Assembly: GCA_963822965.1 (NCBI GenBank)
Contig: CAWGJT010000010.1
Coordinates: 192,001-256,000 of the forward strand
Direction of reading: 5' to 3'
Length of the DNA stretch: 64,000 nt
DNA from: an uncultured delta proteobacterium
GTDB lineage: Bacteria > Myxococcota_A > UBA9160 > UBA4427
Shown: piece by piece, positions 29,459-40,281 of the stretch
Position numbering within the stretch: the stretch's first letter is position 1
Layout: every line of letters begins with the position of its first letter
Notes under the pieces: model-generated
The model's database searches: none
What the model was told of the DNA's origin: nothing
Seen by the model: only the letters and a program-made list of their open reading frames with translations
Program-made: the position numbers and the translations under genes

Positions 29459-30696
29459 GTGAGGACCGAGGGCGAGGGAGCGGACAGCGGGAGCAGCCGG
29501 CCGTTGCGGGCGCGCCTGCGCCGCCACGGGCTCGCGCGGCGGCCGGAGCCGATCCGTTCGCTGGTGCCGACCCGGCGCCTCCGCTTCACCGAGGGCAACC
29601 GCGTCGATCTCTTCGACACGGGCCGCAAGGGGCTTGCGGCCATGCGGGCGGCGATCGAGTCGGCCCGGGATCGCGTCCACCTCGAGACCTACATCCTGCG
29701 GGCGGACTCCGTCGGCCTGGCCTTCCTCGAGACCCTTCGGGACCGAGCCGAGGCGGGGGTCGACGTGCGGCTGCTCTACGACGCCGTCGGCTCCCGGGGC
29801 CTCGACGTCCGGGAGCTCCGGCCGCTGGTGGAGACGGGGGCCGAGGTGATCGCCTTCAACCCCATCGCGAGGGGCTATCCCCGCTTCGCGCCGCGGCGCC
29901 GCGATCACCGCAAGATCCTGGTGGTGGACGGGCGACGTCGCGTTCACCGGCGGCCTCAACATCGGCGACGAGTACGCGGCGGGGCTCGGCGGGTACGCCC
30001 GGGACGAGTGGCGCGATGCGCACGTGCGCCTCGAGGGGCCCGTGGTCCGGGACCTCGAGGCGGTCTTCCTCGAGAGCTGGTTCCGGGCGAACGGGCCGGG
30101 CCTGCCGTGGAGCGCTCTCCTGGGCCGGGAGCCGGAGCCGGCCGGCGACATCCGCTGCGCGGTGTTGGCCGACGGTCCCGTCTACCGGCGGCGGCGGATG
30201 CGCGAGCTGATCGTGTCGGCGCTCGACGCCGCGGACGAGGACGCGCTGCTGACGAGCCCCTACTTCGCGCCCGGACGCCGGGTGCTCGACGCGCTGTCCC
30301 GGGCGAGCCAGCGCGGCGTCCACGTCGACTTGATGCTCGCCGGCCGCACCGACCATCCGCTGCTGCGCCGGGCCGCGCGTTCGATCGTGCCCCGGCTGCT
30401 GCGGACCGGGCGTCGGGTTCTACGAGTACGAGCGCTCGATGCTGCACGCCAAGCTCGCGGTGTTCGACGGCGAGTGGGCGATCGTCGGCACCTCGAACCT
30501 CGATCGCCAGAGCTTCGAGCACAACTTCGAGGTGAACCTGGTCGTCGAGGGGGGCGGGGTCCCCGAGCGGCTGCGCGCGCGTTTCCAGCAGGACCGGGCC
30601 GCCGCCCGCCCCGTGGATGCCGCGGCCCTGGCGTCCCGCGGTCCCATCGAACGGCTGGTGGATCGAATCGCGGCGCTGGCGCTCTTCCTGGTGTGA
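29459..30696 (+). pseudogene. cls: Cardiolipin synthase-like phospholipase D with two +1 frameshifts
   Basis: Two HKD motifs (HRKILVVD, HAKLAVFD), GGLNIG, GTSNLD; removing one G at GGG 29930-29932 and at GGG 30408-30410 restores a single ORF. Confidence 0.85.
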
Positions 30697-30732
30697 GGCG
30701 CCGGACCACGGCGCAAGACGAGCGGGGCTCGC

Positions 30733-31579
30733 TCACGGTCCGCCCAGCTGCAGGGCGAGGATGCGCGCGAGCGCCGGCTTCCAGCTCTTCCAGTCGTGTC
30801 CGCCGGCGAAGACGAGCACGGCGTGCGGAATTCCGTACTGGCTCAGGTGCCGTTCGAAGCGCTCGTTGCTCGCCACCAGGTCGGCCTTGTCGTGGCTGCC
30901 CCACGCGAGCATCAGGCGCAGGCCCGCGAGGTCTTCCGGCCGGGTCCACACCCGGTAGGGGTCCTCGCGTTCGATCGTCTCGCGCTCGGGGTCGCCCCAG
31001 ATGCGCCGGATGGGCACGAAGAAGCGCAGCAGCCCCTCGTTGGCGAAGGCGAGGGCGTCGTCCGTGTCGAAGATCGGTGCGCTCACCAGCGAAGCGCTCG
31101 CGAAGAAGCCCGGCTCGAGCAGCGCGAAGCGCAGGGCGCCATGGCCGCCCATGGAGACCCCGACGAGGTGGCAGCCCCGGGGACAGGGGCGCGTACCGTA
31201 CACGGCGGCGACGTGGGGGACGAGCTCCCGCAGCACCCAGTCGCGGTAGCGGTAGCTGCCGTCGGCCCAGTTCTCCCAGAAGCCGAGATCGCCCTGGGGC
31301 ACCACGACGACCATCCGGGGCAGCTCGCCGGCCGCGATGCGCGCGTCCAGGTCCTGGCCGAAGCCCGCGCGATCGAAGCAGTCGGGTCCGTCGCCGGCGC
31401 CGTGCAGGAAGACCACGAGGGGAAGCGCCTCGGCGGGCGAGAACGCCGGCGGCAGGTAGATCGCATAGCGAAGCACGCGGTCGCTTCCCGGCAGCGGCGA
31501 GCTCCTCGTACGCAAGCCGCTTCGGGGGAGCCTGGCATGCGGTTCCGGCCAGCGTCAGCGCCATCAGGAGGGCCGCCAC
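30733..31579 (-). pseudogene. Lipoprotein esterase (alpha/beta hydrolase), +1 frameshift near 31498
   Basis: LHGAG, GVSMGG nucleophile elbow, GGHDW; a lipoprotein-like signal (LLMALTLAGTAC) lies in the adjacent frame just upstream. Confidence 0.72.
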
Positions 31580-31711
31580 GGCGGGGCGACGCCCTCGCCG
31601 GTGTTCACCGGGAGGGCAGGGGCTGCCGAGAACGCGGGCGCCGCGGCGTCTCGGAACGGCAGGTCTGTGCGGGCGCTCGCGCGACGGAGCCGGATTCCGC
31701 ACGGATCTCGG

Positions 31712-31728
31712 CTGGCATGACCCTTGCG
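31712..31728 (+). promoter_or_regulatory. sigma54-like promoter without an obvious downstream gene
   Basis: CTGGCATGACCCTTGCG = TGGCA-N6-TTGC with exact GG-N10-GC spacing, in intergenic DNA. Confidence 0.5.
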
Positions 31729-31942
31729 TCGGTGGACGCACGGGAGTGTTCCGTCGACGGGGTGAGGACCGAGGCGCCGGCGGGCCGCAGGGTCTGCTGG
31801 GGCCGGGGGGAGGAGCTCGAAGCGAAGTTCGGTCGTGGGCGGCGTGGGCGGAGCCTCGGCTCCACCGGGAGGTCTGCTGATCCGGGTCGTAAAGGTGCAG
31901 ATCGCCCGGCCGCGCCGTCCACCACCCGGGGGCGCCGGTCCA

Positions 31943-32530
31943 TCAACCGCTCGGATCGAGACCGCGTCGGCGCAGCTCTCGTGCGAGTCGCACCGTGTCG
32001 GATTCGGAGGGCTCGGCCAGGGCGCTGGCGTCGAGCCGTCCGGCGCTGTGCTTCGCCATCTTCACGCCGTCGTAGGTGATGAGCTTCTCGGGAACGACCT
32101 CGAGCACCACCCGGAGCGGCGAGTCGAGCAGCTGCTCGAAGGCCCGCGCACCCTTCTCGTCGTTCGGGTGCAGATGCCGCGAGAAGGCCGGGTAGAACCA
32201 CGCCCGGGTCTCGGCATCCTCGTGCACCGTGCAGCGGCCCTTGATGGTGATCGTCTTGGCGCCTCCCAGGTGGGTCCCCGTGCTGGTCAGCACCACGGAG
32301 ACGCGCGGGTTGCGGCGCACCGCCGCGATGCGGTGGCGATGGGCGCCGGCGGTGAGCCACATCCTTCCGTCGTGCCACAGACAGGACATGATCACGCCCA
32401 TGGGCCACTGATCCCGGGTGCACCAGTTGAAGACGCACTCCCGGGCCGTCGAGAGCAGCTCCTGCTGGACGTCGGGGTCGAGGCGGTAGATCGACACCAT
32501 CTCGTAGTTGTGGGGCTTTGTCTCGGTCAT
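31943..32530 (-). CDS. Pyridoxamine 5'-phosphate oxidase-like (split-barrel flavin/F420-binding) protein
   Basis: DGRMWLTAG...RIAAVRRNPRVSVV...ITIKGRC...RVVLEVVPEKLITYD pattern. Confidence 0.8.
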   Translation of the reverse strand: MTETKPHNYEMVSIYRLDPDVQQELLSTARECVFNWCTRDQWPMGVIMSCLWHDGRMWLTAGAHRHRIAAVRRNPRVSVVLTSTGTHLGGAKTITIKGRCTVHEDAETRAWFYPAFSRHLHPNDEKGARAFEQLLDSPLRVVLEVVPEKLITYDGVKMAKHSAGRLDASALAEPSESDTVRLARELRRRGLDPSG

Positions 32531-32714
32531 CCCGGGCGAGGGTAGGGGGTCCGCGTTCGCGCGTCTGCCTCGGAGGGGCCCGGAACCGGCCGCGGCCCGG
32601 CGTCCCCGGGTGGGCGGTTGCGGCCTCGGGGGCTGCTGCGGGCCGTGGCGGGCTATAGATAGACGTTCCTCCGGGCCTTGCCCGGCAGCCCCGAGGAGCC
32701 TGCCTTTGAGCGCG

Positions 32715-34031
32715 ATGCCCCCGCCCCCGAGCGGAGATCCGGGAGACCGGATCCGCGCCGGCCGGCCCTGGTGGACCTGGGTGGTCCCGTACGCCGGGCA
32801 GGTTCCGGCGCTGAGCGAGAAGCAGTGGAGCGTGCTCGGGCTGCTGGCGCTGGCCGAGCTCTTCGACCAGTACGACGTGGGCCTCCTGGGCCTCGCCCTG
32901 TCGCAGATCCAGGCGGGGCTCTCGATCCCCGAGCACCAGGTGGCCGGGGTGACCGCCATCGCCCGTCTGGGCTCGATCGTCGCGTTCGCGCTGTCGGTGA
33001 TGGCGGACCGTTTCGGCCGCCGGCGCCTGCTCCTGGTCACCATCCTGGGCTTCACCGCCTGCACCTTCGCCACGGCCTTCGTCCAGAACGCCGCACAGTT
33101 CGCCGCCATGCAGCTGCTGGCGCGGGTCTTCATCACGGCGGAGACGCTGCTGGCGGTGGTGGTGCTCACCGAAGAGCTCACGGCTCGGGACCGGGGCTGG
33201 GGCATCGGGTTGCTGGGCGCCCTGGGCTCCCTGGGGCAGGGCCTCGCGGCGGCGGTCTTCGCCTTCGTCGACGTGCTGCCTCTGGGCTGGCGCTCCCTCT
33301 ACTTCATCGGCGTCGTGCCGCTGCTCTTCCTCGCGTGGTTCCGTCGCCGGTTGCCGGAGACCCGTCGCTTCGAGGAGCACCGGGCCGCGCGGGAGGCCGC
33401 CGAGGTGCTGGGGGGGCTCGCGCCGCTGGTCCACCTCGCGCGCATGTATCCCGGTCGCGTGGCGGTGCTGGCCGTCGCGCTCTTCCCGTTCGACTTCGTC
33501 GTGACCACCGCCTTCACCTTCATGCCCAAGACGCTGCAGGAGGTACACGGCTACTCGCCGGGACAGGTGACGGCGCTCTTCCTGGTGGGTGGCGCGGTCG
33601 GCATCCTGGGCAACGTGATCGCCGGCCAGCTGGGAGACCGCTTCGGCCGCAAGCCCGTCATGTGCACCGCCATGGTGGTGAACGCGCTGGCGCTGGTGGG
33701 CTTCTACGGCGCTTCCGGGTGGCCGATTCCCCTGCTGTGGGTGGCGTCGGTCTTCTCGATCCTGGCCATCGGGGTGCTCTTCAAGGCCCTGGGGAGCGAG
33801 CTCTTCCCGACCTCGCATCGCTCGACGGCTTCGGGCGTCCGCACGGTGGTGGCCACCCTCGGCGGCGTGACGGGCCTCGCCCTGGAGGGCGGGCTCTACG
33901 AGCTGGCGGGCTCCCACGCGGCCGCGATCATCTGGATGACCCCCGTGCTCGTCCTGCCGCCCCTCGTGATCGGGCTCTTCCTGCCGGAGACCGCGCGCCG
34001 CGAGCTCGAGGAGATCTCGCCCGAGCGGTAG
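32715..34031 (+). CDS. MFS transporter
   Basis: ADRFGRRRLL, GDRFGRK, SELFPTSHRSTA, LPET; ~12 hydrophobic segments. Confidence 0.92.
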   Translation: MPPPPSGDPGDRIRAGRPWWTWVVPYAGQVPALSEKQWSVLGLLALAELFDQYDVGLLGLALSQIQAGLSIPEHQVAGVTAIARLGSIVAFALSVMADRFGRRRLLLVTILGFTACTFATAFVQNAAQFAAMQLLARVFITAETLLAVVVLTEELTARDRGWGIGLLGALGSLGQGLAAAVFAFVDVLPLGWRSLYFIGVVPLLFLAWFRRRLPETRRFEEHRAAREAAEVLGGLAPLVHLARMYPGRVAVLAVALFPFDFVVTTAFTFMPKTLQEVHGYSPGQVTALFLVGGAVGILGNVIAGQLGDRFGRKPVMCTAMVVNALALVGFYGASGWPIPLLWVASVFSILAIGVLFKALGSELFPTSHRSTASGVRTVVATLGGVTGLALEGGLYELAGSHAAAIIWMTPVLVLPPLVIGLFLPETARRELEEISPER

Positions 34032-34059
34032 GGTCGCGGCCCTCGGTTACCCTGCCTGC

Positions 34060-34737
34060 ATGGACCCGATGCCCGCCCCCGGCCTGACACCGCCGGAAGC
34101 GGCTCCCCTCGACCCCGAGAAGCGAACTCTCGCGCGGCGCTCGCTCTCCGCGCTGGGTGTCCTGTCCGTCGGATCGATGACCGGCACCGCCTCGTCGCTG
34201 TACCTGGTCAACCACCATCCCCTGCTGCTCATCGCCCTGAGTCCCCTGGGCCGGCATCTCGTGCTGGTGGCGCCCATCGTCGACCCGGTGGCCTTCGTCG
34301 TGGTGGCGGTGCTGCGCCGGATGGCCTTCTACCTGGCCTGCTTCCAGCTGGGTCGCGCCCTGGGCCCCACCGGCGTCGTCTGGATCGAGGCTCGGGCGGC
34401 GCGTTTCGCGCGCTTCGTACGCTGGCTCGAGCGTGTCTTCCAACGCTTCTCACGCAGCGTGGTGCTGGTGATGTCCGGGCCGACGGTGAGCGCCCTGGCC
34501 GGCATGTCCGACATGACCCTGCGCGTGTACGTGCCGCTGGCGGTGTTGGGATTGGTGGCCCGCATGCTTCTGCTGCTGGGCCTGGCGGAGATCGTCCGCG
34601 AGCCCATCGAGTGGCTGCTCTCGTGGATCGACGCCTACTGGGTGCCGGGAACCGTGATCCTGGTGCTGGGGACGCTCGCCTATCAGTGGCGCAGGGCCCG
34701 GCTGGCGCGCGCGCTGCGCGCCGGCCAGTCGACGTAG
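34060..34737 (+). CDS. DedA/VTT-like membrane protein
   Basis: Hydrophobic segments with FYLACFQLGRALG and VSALAGMSDM, resembling DedA motifs. Confidence 0.6.
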   Translation: MDPMPAPGLTPPEAAPLDPEKRTLARRSLSALGVLSVGSMTGTASSLYLVNHHPLLLIALSPLGRHLVLVAPIVDPVAFVVVAVLRRMAFYLACFQLGRALGPTGVVWIEARAARFARFVRWLERVFQRFSRSVVLVMSGPTVSALAGMSDMTLRVYVPLAVLGLVARMLLLLGLAEIVREPIEWLLSWIDAYWVPGTVILVLGTLAYQWRRARLARALRAGQST

Positions 34738-36941
34738 ATGGGCGAGGACCAGGCGCGCTGGGCGTACGCGTCCAGGCAGGGCTCGCCCCGTCGGCAGGGC
34801 CGCGTCGCGATGCACCGGCCCTCGTCGTCGACCGTGCAGGCCAGCGGGTTCCCGTTCACGGTCGGCGTCGCCGCCTCGAAGACCCGCGCGTAGTAGACCG
34901 TGTCCCGCGCCTGGCGGGGGAACTCGTCGTCGACGAAGGTGGCCGTACAGCCGGCGGGGTCCGGCGGGCACGCGAAGCTCCGCCAGGGGTCGTCGATCCG
35001 GGACGCCACGTCCTCCCCGGGCCGGATCGCCGGCCGGATGCGCACGACCTCGATGCGCTCGATCGTTCGCCGGGTGTCGCTCGGCCGGTAGCATTCTCCC
35101 CGACACAGCCGCTGCAGGCGCTCGGCGCCGAGGGCCTGGACTGCCTCGTCGGGGCATCCGGGACGTTGCTCGAGAGAGCCCACCGCGCGTACCCGGAACG
35201 CCGGCGCGTCGCGCATGGTGACCTCGGAGCCCATGGGGCGGCTGCCGGCTTCCCGGAGCAGGTCGAACCACAGCAGGATGCGCGGGCCGCTGGTGCCGTA
35301 CACCTCCTTGCGTCGCAGCGCCTGCCAGATGGCGTCGCGGCTCCGTCCGTCCGCGTGCACGGCGACCAGGCCCCCCGTGTAGAGGAAGGACTGGGTGCGC
35401 TCGGTCTCGTAGAACTGCAGGCCGCTCAGCTTCGCGGCGGCCTCGGCGTACGAGCGCGAGCGGGCGACGGGCTCCTCCGGGGCGCCGCGCAGGAAGGCGC
35501 CCACGATGCCGCCGGCGTCGGGACGCGGCTCCTGGCCGGCGTCCGTCTGCCAGCGCGCCTCCTTGTAGCCGACGCCCGCCCGCGCGGTGTGGATGTCGCT
35601 CGAAGCGATGAAGCCCATCCGGAAGCGGCGCGGCGGAGCGCCTTCGTCCTCCCCGTCGAAGCCGCTCAGACTCGCGATGTACTGCGCCGAGCTGCCCGGG
35701 CGGTAGTGGAAGGCGGGCTGACCGCAGTCTCGACACTGGCCGGCGTCGAGCCAGTCGGCGGCGGTGGCGCCCGGCACGGTGACCTGCGGCGAGACGCCGG
35801 CGGCGGCCGCCTGCTCGCGCGCGGTGGCTGCGCGCGCCGCGCATTCGCGAGACGGCTCGCCCGCTGCGAGACAGCGCGCCTCGACGATCTGCCCGGCGCG
35901 ACGGCACATGGGCAGGTAGTCGGGACGCTCCTCGGGACAGCCCGGCGTGCCGTCGGCCGCGCTCTCGACGTCCTGCCAGTCGCGATACACCTCGGACCCG
36001 CCGTGTCCCGAGTAGACCTCGATCAGCGTCTGTCGGGCGGGATCGTGGAAGCCCGGCTCGAGCTGCTTGTCCCAGGTGGAGCCGGGGGGCGTGTAGATGC
36101 CCCAGGCGGTGCCGTGGGGAATCACGATGGCGTCGAGTCCCCACTCGTCGAGCTTGCGGAAGAGCTCGACCGGGGTGGGCGCGATCTCGCGACAATTCGG
36201 CGGCAGCGAGCGCGAGTCGCCGTCCGCGCAGGTGGGCAGCTCGCCGAGGGCCGTCCAGCGCAGCGCGAGATCGTGGAAGCGTCCCCCCTGGAGCGCCAGC
36301 GCGCCGCGCGCCCAGACGGGGGGCGGCCGGGCTGCGGTTCCCCCGGCGCTGGCCGCGATGGGGCGCGTCGGAATGCGCGCGTCGTCGGTGTGGGCGAGCA
36401 CCACGTTCTTGTGGCCGTAGTGGTCCCGCGCCGTCGCGCCGACCTGCGTCCACTCCCAGCCGAGGAAGGAGACGAGGTCGGGGCTGGCGGGATCCCCCGA
36501 GCGTTCGTTGCACGCCCGGATCGACTCGACGGTGTTGCGCCAGTCGTCGGGGTGGATGTTCGAGGCATGGTCGTTGATGGACCAGAAGTCCAGCGCCGCG
36601 CAATGGCGCGCGAAGTCGCAGGCGTCGGCCGGCGGATGGGCGCCTTCGCCGCCCATCAGCGGAAGATTGAGCATGAAGGCGTCGAAGGAGATCGTGGTGT
36701 GGACGTGGAGGTCGCCGAAGAGGATCTGGCGCGCGGGCGCCGGGGCACCGACGGCCCGGGCCGCCGCCTGCTGCGCGTCCGCCAGCGCGGCGACGGCGGC
36801 AGGGGAGCGCGGCCCCGCGGTGGGGATGCGATCTTCGGAGTCGAACGAGCCGAAGATCCCGCGTCCCGCGAGCCAGATCGCGAGCGCCCCGGCGAGCCCC
36901 AGCCCGGCGACGGCGAGGAGCAGGATGCGTCCGATCTTCAT
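34683..36941 (-). CDS. DUF3604 family PHP-like metallohydrolase, membrane-anchored/exported
   Basis: N-terminal TM; FGDLHVHT, INDH, GWEWT, IPH, GFIASSDIH, EVYGTSGPRI, RAWSSPI. Confidence 0.88.
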   Translation of the reverse strand: MKIGRILLLAVAGLGLAGALAIWLAGRGIFGSFDSEDRIPTAGPRSPAAVAALADAQQAAARAVGAPAPARQILFGDLHVHTTISFDAFMLNLPLMGGEGAHPPADACDFARHCAALDFWSINDHASNIHPDDWRNTVESIRACNERSGDPASPDLVSFLGWEWTQVGATARDHYGHKNVVLAHTDDARIPTRPIAASAGGTAARPPPVWARGALALQGGRFHDLALRWTALGELPTCADGDSRSLPPNCREIAPTPVELFRKLDEWGLDAIVIPHGTAWGIYTPPGSTWDKQLEPGFHDPARQTLIEVYSGHGGSEVYRDWQDVESAADGTPGCPEERPDYLPMCRRAGQIVEARCLAAGEPSRECAARAATAREQAAAAGVSPQVTVPGATAADWLDAGQCRDCGQPAFHYRPGSSAQYIASLSGFDGEDEGAPPRRFRMGFIASSDIHTARAGVGYKEARWQTDAGQEPRPDAGGIVGAFLRGAPEEPVARSRSYAEAAAKLSGLQFYETERTQSFLYTGGLVAVHADGRSRDAIWQALRRKEVYGTSGPRILLWFDLLREAGSRPMGSEVTMRDAPAFRVRAVGSLEQRPGCPDEAVQALGAERLQRLCRGECYRPSDTRRTIERIEVVRIRPAIRPGEDVASRIDDPWRSFACPPDPAGCTATFVDDEFPRQARDTVYYARVFEAATPTVNGNPLACTVDDEGRCIATRPCRRGEPCLDAYAQRAWSSPIYVDWPARSARASRALRH

Positions 36942-37072
36942 GGGCGGCGAAGTCCGGTTATCATCACGGGCGGCGAAGATAGTCGCCCGTCGGGACGCGC
37001 GTCTCCCGGCGTGTCGCCCGCGCAGAGCGGCTGTGTCACCCTTCCGGGTCTTCTCGCCACGAGGGGAGTGCC

Positions 37073-37658
37073 ATGAAGATCGAGCCCGTCCTGCTGGAAG
37101 GTCGCTTCGTCCGCCTGGAGCCCCTCGAGGATCACCACGCGCCCGCGCTCTCCCGCGCGGGCGCGCCCGAGGAGATCTGGCGGCACATGCCGTTCCGCAT
37201 CGCGGGCGAGCAGGACGCCTCGGGATGGATTCGCGTGGCCCAGGGCATGCTGGCCGGAGGCGTCGGGCTCGCGTTCGGGACCCTCGACCGCGAGAGCGGG
37301 GAGCTGGTGGGCTCGACGGGCTTCCTGGCCGCGGCTCCCGAGCACCGACGCGTCGAGATCGGCGCCACCTGGATCACGCCCGGTCGCCAGCGGACCGCCG
37401 TCAATACCGAGGCGAAGTACCTGATGATGCGCCACGCCTTCGAGAGCTGGGGGTGCCTGCGGGTGGAGTTCAAGACGGACTCCCGCAACGCGAAGTCGCG
37501 CGCGGCCCTGGCGCGGATCGGCGCCCGGGAAGAGGGCACCCTGCGCGCCCACATGCTCCTGCCCGACGGCCGCCGCCGGGACAGCGTCTACTTCAGCGTG
37601 ATCGAGAGCGAGTGGCCCGACGTCAAGCGACGCCTGGAGGACGCGGCTCGCCTCCTGA
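37073..37658 (+). CDS. GNAT (RimJ/RimL-like) N-acetyltransferase; true end uncertain
   Basis: LEGRFVRLEPL, VEIGATW, QRTAVNTEAK, RVEFKTDSRN, GAREEGTLR, RDSVYFSVIESEWP; the called ORF runs on to 38272 antisense to ligD, but a TGA at 37656 in the +1 frame suggests a frameshift. Confidence 0.85.
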
Positions 37659-37672
37659 CGGCGCGCCGCGCG

Positions 37673-40226
37673 TCAGGAGGCTCCGCCGAGCCGGCGCGCG
37701 AGGGCGTCGAGCAGGGCGACGAGATCGGCGCGCTCGCCGAGCACGCCGCGCATGGGGTCGCCGTGGCGCTTCAGCTGGCGCGGCGTGGTCCGGATGTTCC
37801 ACTTCGCCGGGTCGAGGCGGCGGGTCACCTGCCCCCAGGTGAGGGGCGTCGAGACGGGTGCGCCGGCGCGCGGCCGCACCGAGAAGGGGCACACGATGAG
37901 GCGCCCGCGCCCGTTCTGGCCGAAGTCCACGTAGACCCGGTCGCCCCGGGACGCGATCGGGCGCGCGATCGTCGCGATCTCGGGCAGCTCGTGCACCACC
38001 ACCCGGGCCAGCACCTCGGCCAGACGGCGCGCGTCGTCGTGGTCGAGCTGCCCGGCGGTCGGGACGAGCACGTGGAGGCCGTCCTGTCCCGACGTCTTCA
38101 CGAAGTGCGGGGTCGCCAGCGCGTCGAGCAGCCGGTGGATGTGGCGCGCGATGGTCACGACGTCGTCGAAGGGAGCGGCCTTGGGGTCGAGGTCGATCAC
38201 GATCCAGTCGGGTCGCTCGAGGGCTCGGGATGCGGGAGCTCCAGATGTGGAGCGGGATCGCGCCCGAGTTGATCACGTAGAGCAGCGTCCGCAGCTCGTT
38301 GCAGACGAAGAAGTCCGTGCCGTCGATGGTCTCGTGGAGCGCCCACTCGGGCGTCCACTCCGGCGCGTTCTGCTGGAAGAAGCTCTTGCCCTCGATCCCG
38401 TCGGGATAGCGGGTGAGGACCAGGGGGCGGTCCCGCAGGTAGGGCGCGATCCACGGCCAGACCGACTCGTAGTAGTCCAGCAGGTCGCCCTTGGTGTAGC
38501 CGTCGTCGGGCCAGAAGACCTTGTCGCGCCGGCTGATCTGCAGCTCGGTCTCCGGGGGCGGGGGCGGATCGGGCGCCGCCTCGAGGACGGCGTCGCGACC
38601 GACCGGCGCCGCGCAGGTGTGCGGATCGACGTCGTCGTGCAGGCCCAGCAGCACCGGATGGCGCAGCAGTCCCTGGGAGGTGACCTCGGTGTAGCGCACG
38701 TCCGCCACCAGGCCGGGCTCCACGTAGTGGGCGCCGCGGGGGCGCGGGGTGGGCGCGCCGGCGAAGGCGGGTTGGCGGCGCTCGAGGGCCTCCAGCCGCG
38801 GCAGCAGCGCCTCGCAGGTGGCGTCGTCGAGACCCGAGCCCACGTGGCCCGCGTGGACGAGGGCGCCGTCCCGATACCCGCCGAGAGCCAGGGAGCCCAG
38901 GCGACGCGCGCCCCTGCCCTCGTCCCAGCCGACCACGACGAGGCGGACCTCTCGCGGCACGCGAAGCTTGAGCCAGCGCTTCGAGCGGCGGCCGTTCTCG
39001 TAGGTCGCGTCGGCGCGCTTGGCCATCACCCCCTCGACGCCGTGCTCCTGAGCGGCGTCGAACAGGGCTTCCCCGTGCTCCTCCACGTGGTCGGTGTATC
39101 GCACCTGGCCGAGCTTCGGCACGAAGCGCGCCAGCAGCTCCTTGCGCGCCAGCAGGGGGAGGTCCCGCAGGTCGCGGTCCGCGGCGAAGGGCAGATCGAA
39201 GGCCTGCAGGACCGTGGGGTACTCGATCTCGGCGCGTGACACCGCCCGCGGCTCGCGCGCTCCGAAGCGCCGCTGCAGGCGTTCGAACGAGCTGTGTCCC
39301 CGGGCGTCCGGCGCGACGATCTCGCCGTCGATCACGAAGCGCGCGAGCGGCAGCAGCTGGAGGGCGCGGGCGATCTCGGGGTAGGACGCGGATACCTCGC
39401 GTCCGTTCCGTGTGTAGATCTCGACCCGGTCGTCGCGGCGGAAGGCGAGCACCCGCATGCCGTCGTACTTCACCTCGAAGATCCAGCCGGGCTTCGAGAA
39501 GGGGGCGTCGGCGGTGGCGGCCAGCATCGGTCGCAGGCGCTTCGGGTCCGGGGCGCCGGCCGGCGCCCCGAGCGCCGCGGCGCGCGCGGCGATCTCGTCG
39601 TCGTGTGAGACGCCCGACCGCAGCTCGGAGACCGTCAGACCCGAGAGCACCGAGCGAGGCTCCGCGTCCACGAGCTCGACCGACGCCGTGTCACGCGACG
39701 CGGCAGGGTCCTTGTGAAGCAGCAGCCAGCTCCGCGCGTCGTCGTCGCGTTTCGGTGTCGCGAGGTGCGAACCGCCCGTTCGCACCAGGGCAAAGCGTCC
39801 CCGCAGCTTGTGACCGTCCACCACCAGGTCGAGCTTTCCGGCGGCGAGCCCCTCGGCCGGGGAGCGACCGTCCGCCGTCTGGTAGCTGCCGCGATCCCAC
39901 ACGATCATCGCGCCGGCGCCGTAGTTCCCCTCGGGAATCACGCCTTCGAAGCCGGCGTACTCCAGCGGGTGGTCCTCGGTCTGGACCGCGAGACGTCGCT
40001 CCTTCGGGTCGAGACTGGGGCCGCGAGGCACCGCCCAGCTCACGAGAACGCCGTCGATCTCGAGGCGCAGGTCCCAGTGCATGCTGCGCGCTGCGTGCTG
40101 CTGCACCACGAAGCGGCGTGCCGCAGCGGGCGGCAGGGGACGGTGGGCGTGGAGGGATTCCTCGCCGAGGGGTTCGGGCGTCGTCTCCAGGTCCCGTTTT
40201 TCGCGATACCGTCGAAGATCTGGCAT
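37673..40226 (-). CDS. ligD: DNA ligase D (phosphoesterase-ligase-polymerase), one +1 frameshift at ~38222
   Basis: FVVQQHAARSMHWDLRLE (PE domain), EVKYDGMR (ligase motif I), RYPDGIEGKSFFQ and DLDP/KTSG..GLHV (polymerase domain); removing one base of GGG 38221-38223 joins the two ORFs. Confidence 0.93.
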
Positions 40227-40281
40227 GGGCGACCGATAGGGTGATAGGCTTTCGCGACCCCCTCTCCAGCCTAGGCAACCG

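Noticed and set aside
34683..34737. 55-bp convergent overlap between the DedA-like and DUF3604 genes
   Set aside because: Short tail overlaps are common in high-GC genomes with few stop codons; no sign of function.
37673..38200. Separate small primase-polymerase gene or programmed frameshift in ligD
   Set aside because: One extra base in a GGG run splits a conserved motif (SLERPDWIVIDLDP); no slippery heptamer is seen and similar indels affect neighbouring genes.
37659..38272. Long C-terminal extension of the GNAT protein
   Set aside because: It is the antisense reading of the ligD polymerase domain; the GNAT domain is complete by ~37640 and a stop lies in the +1 frame.
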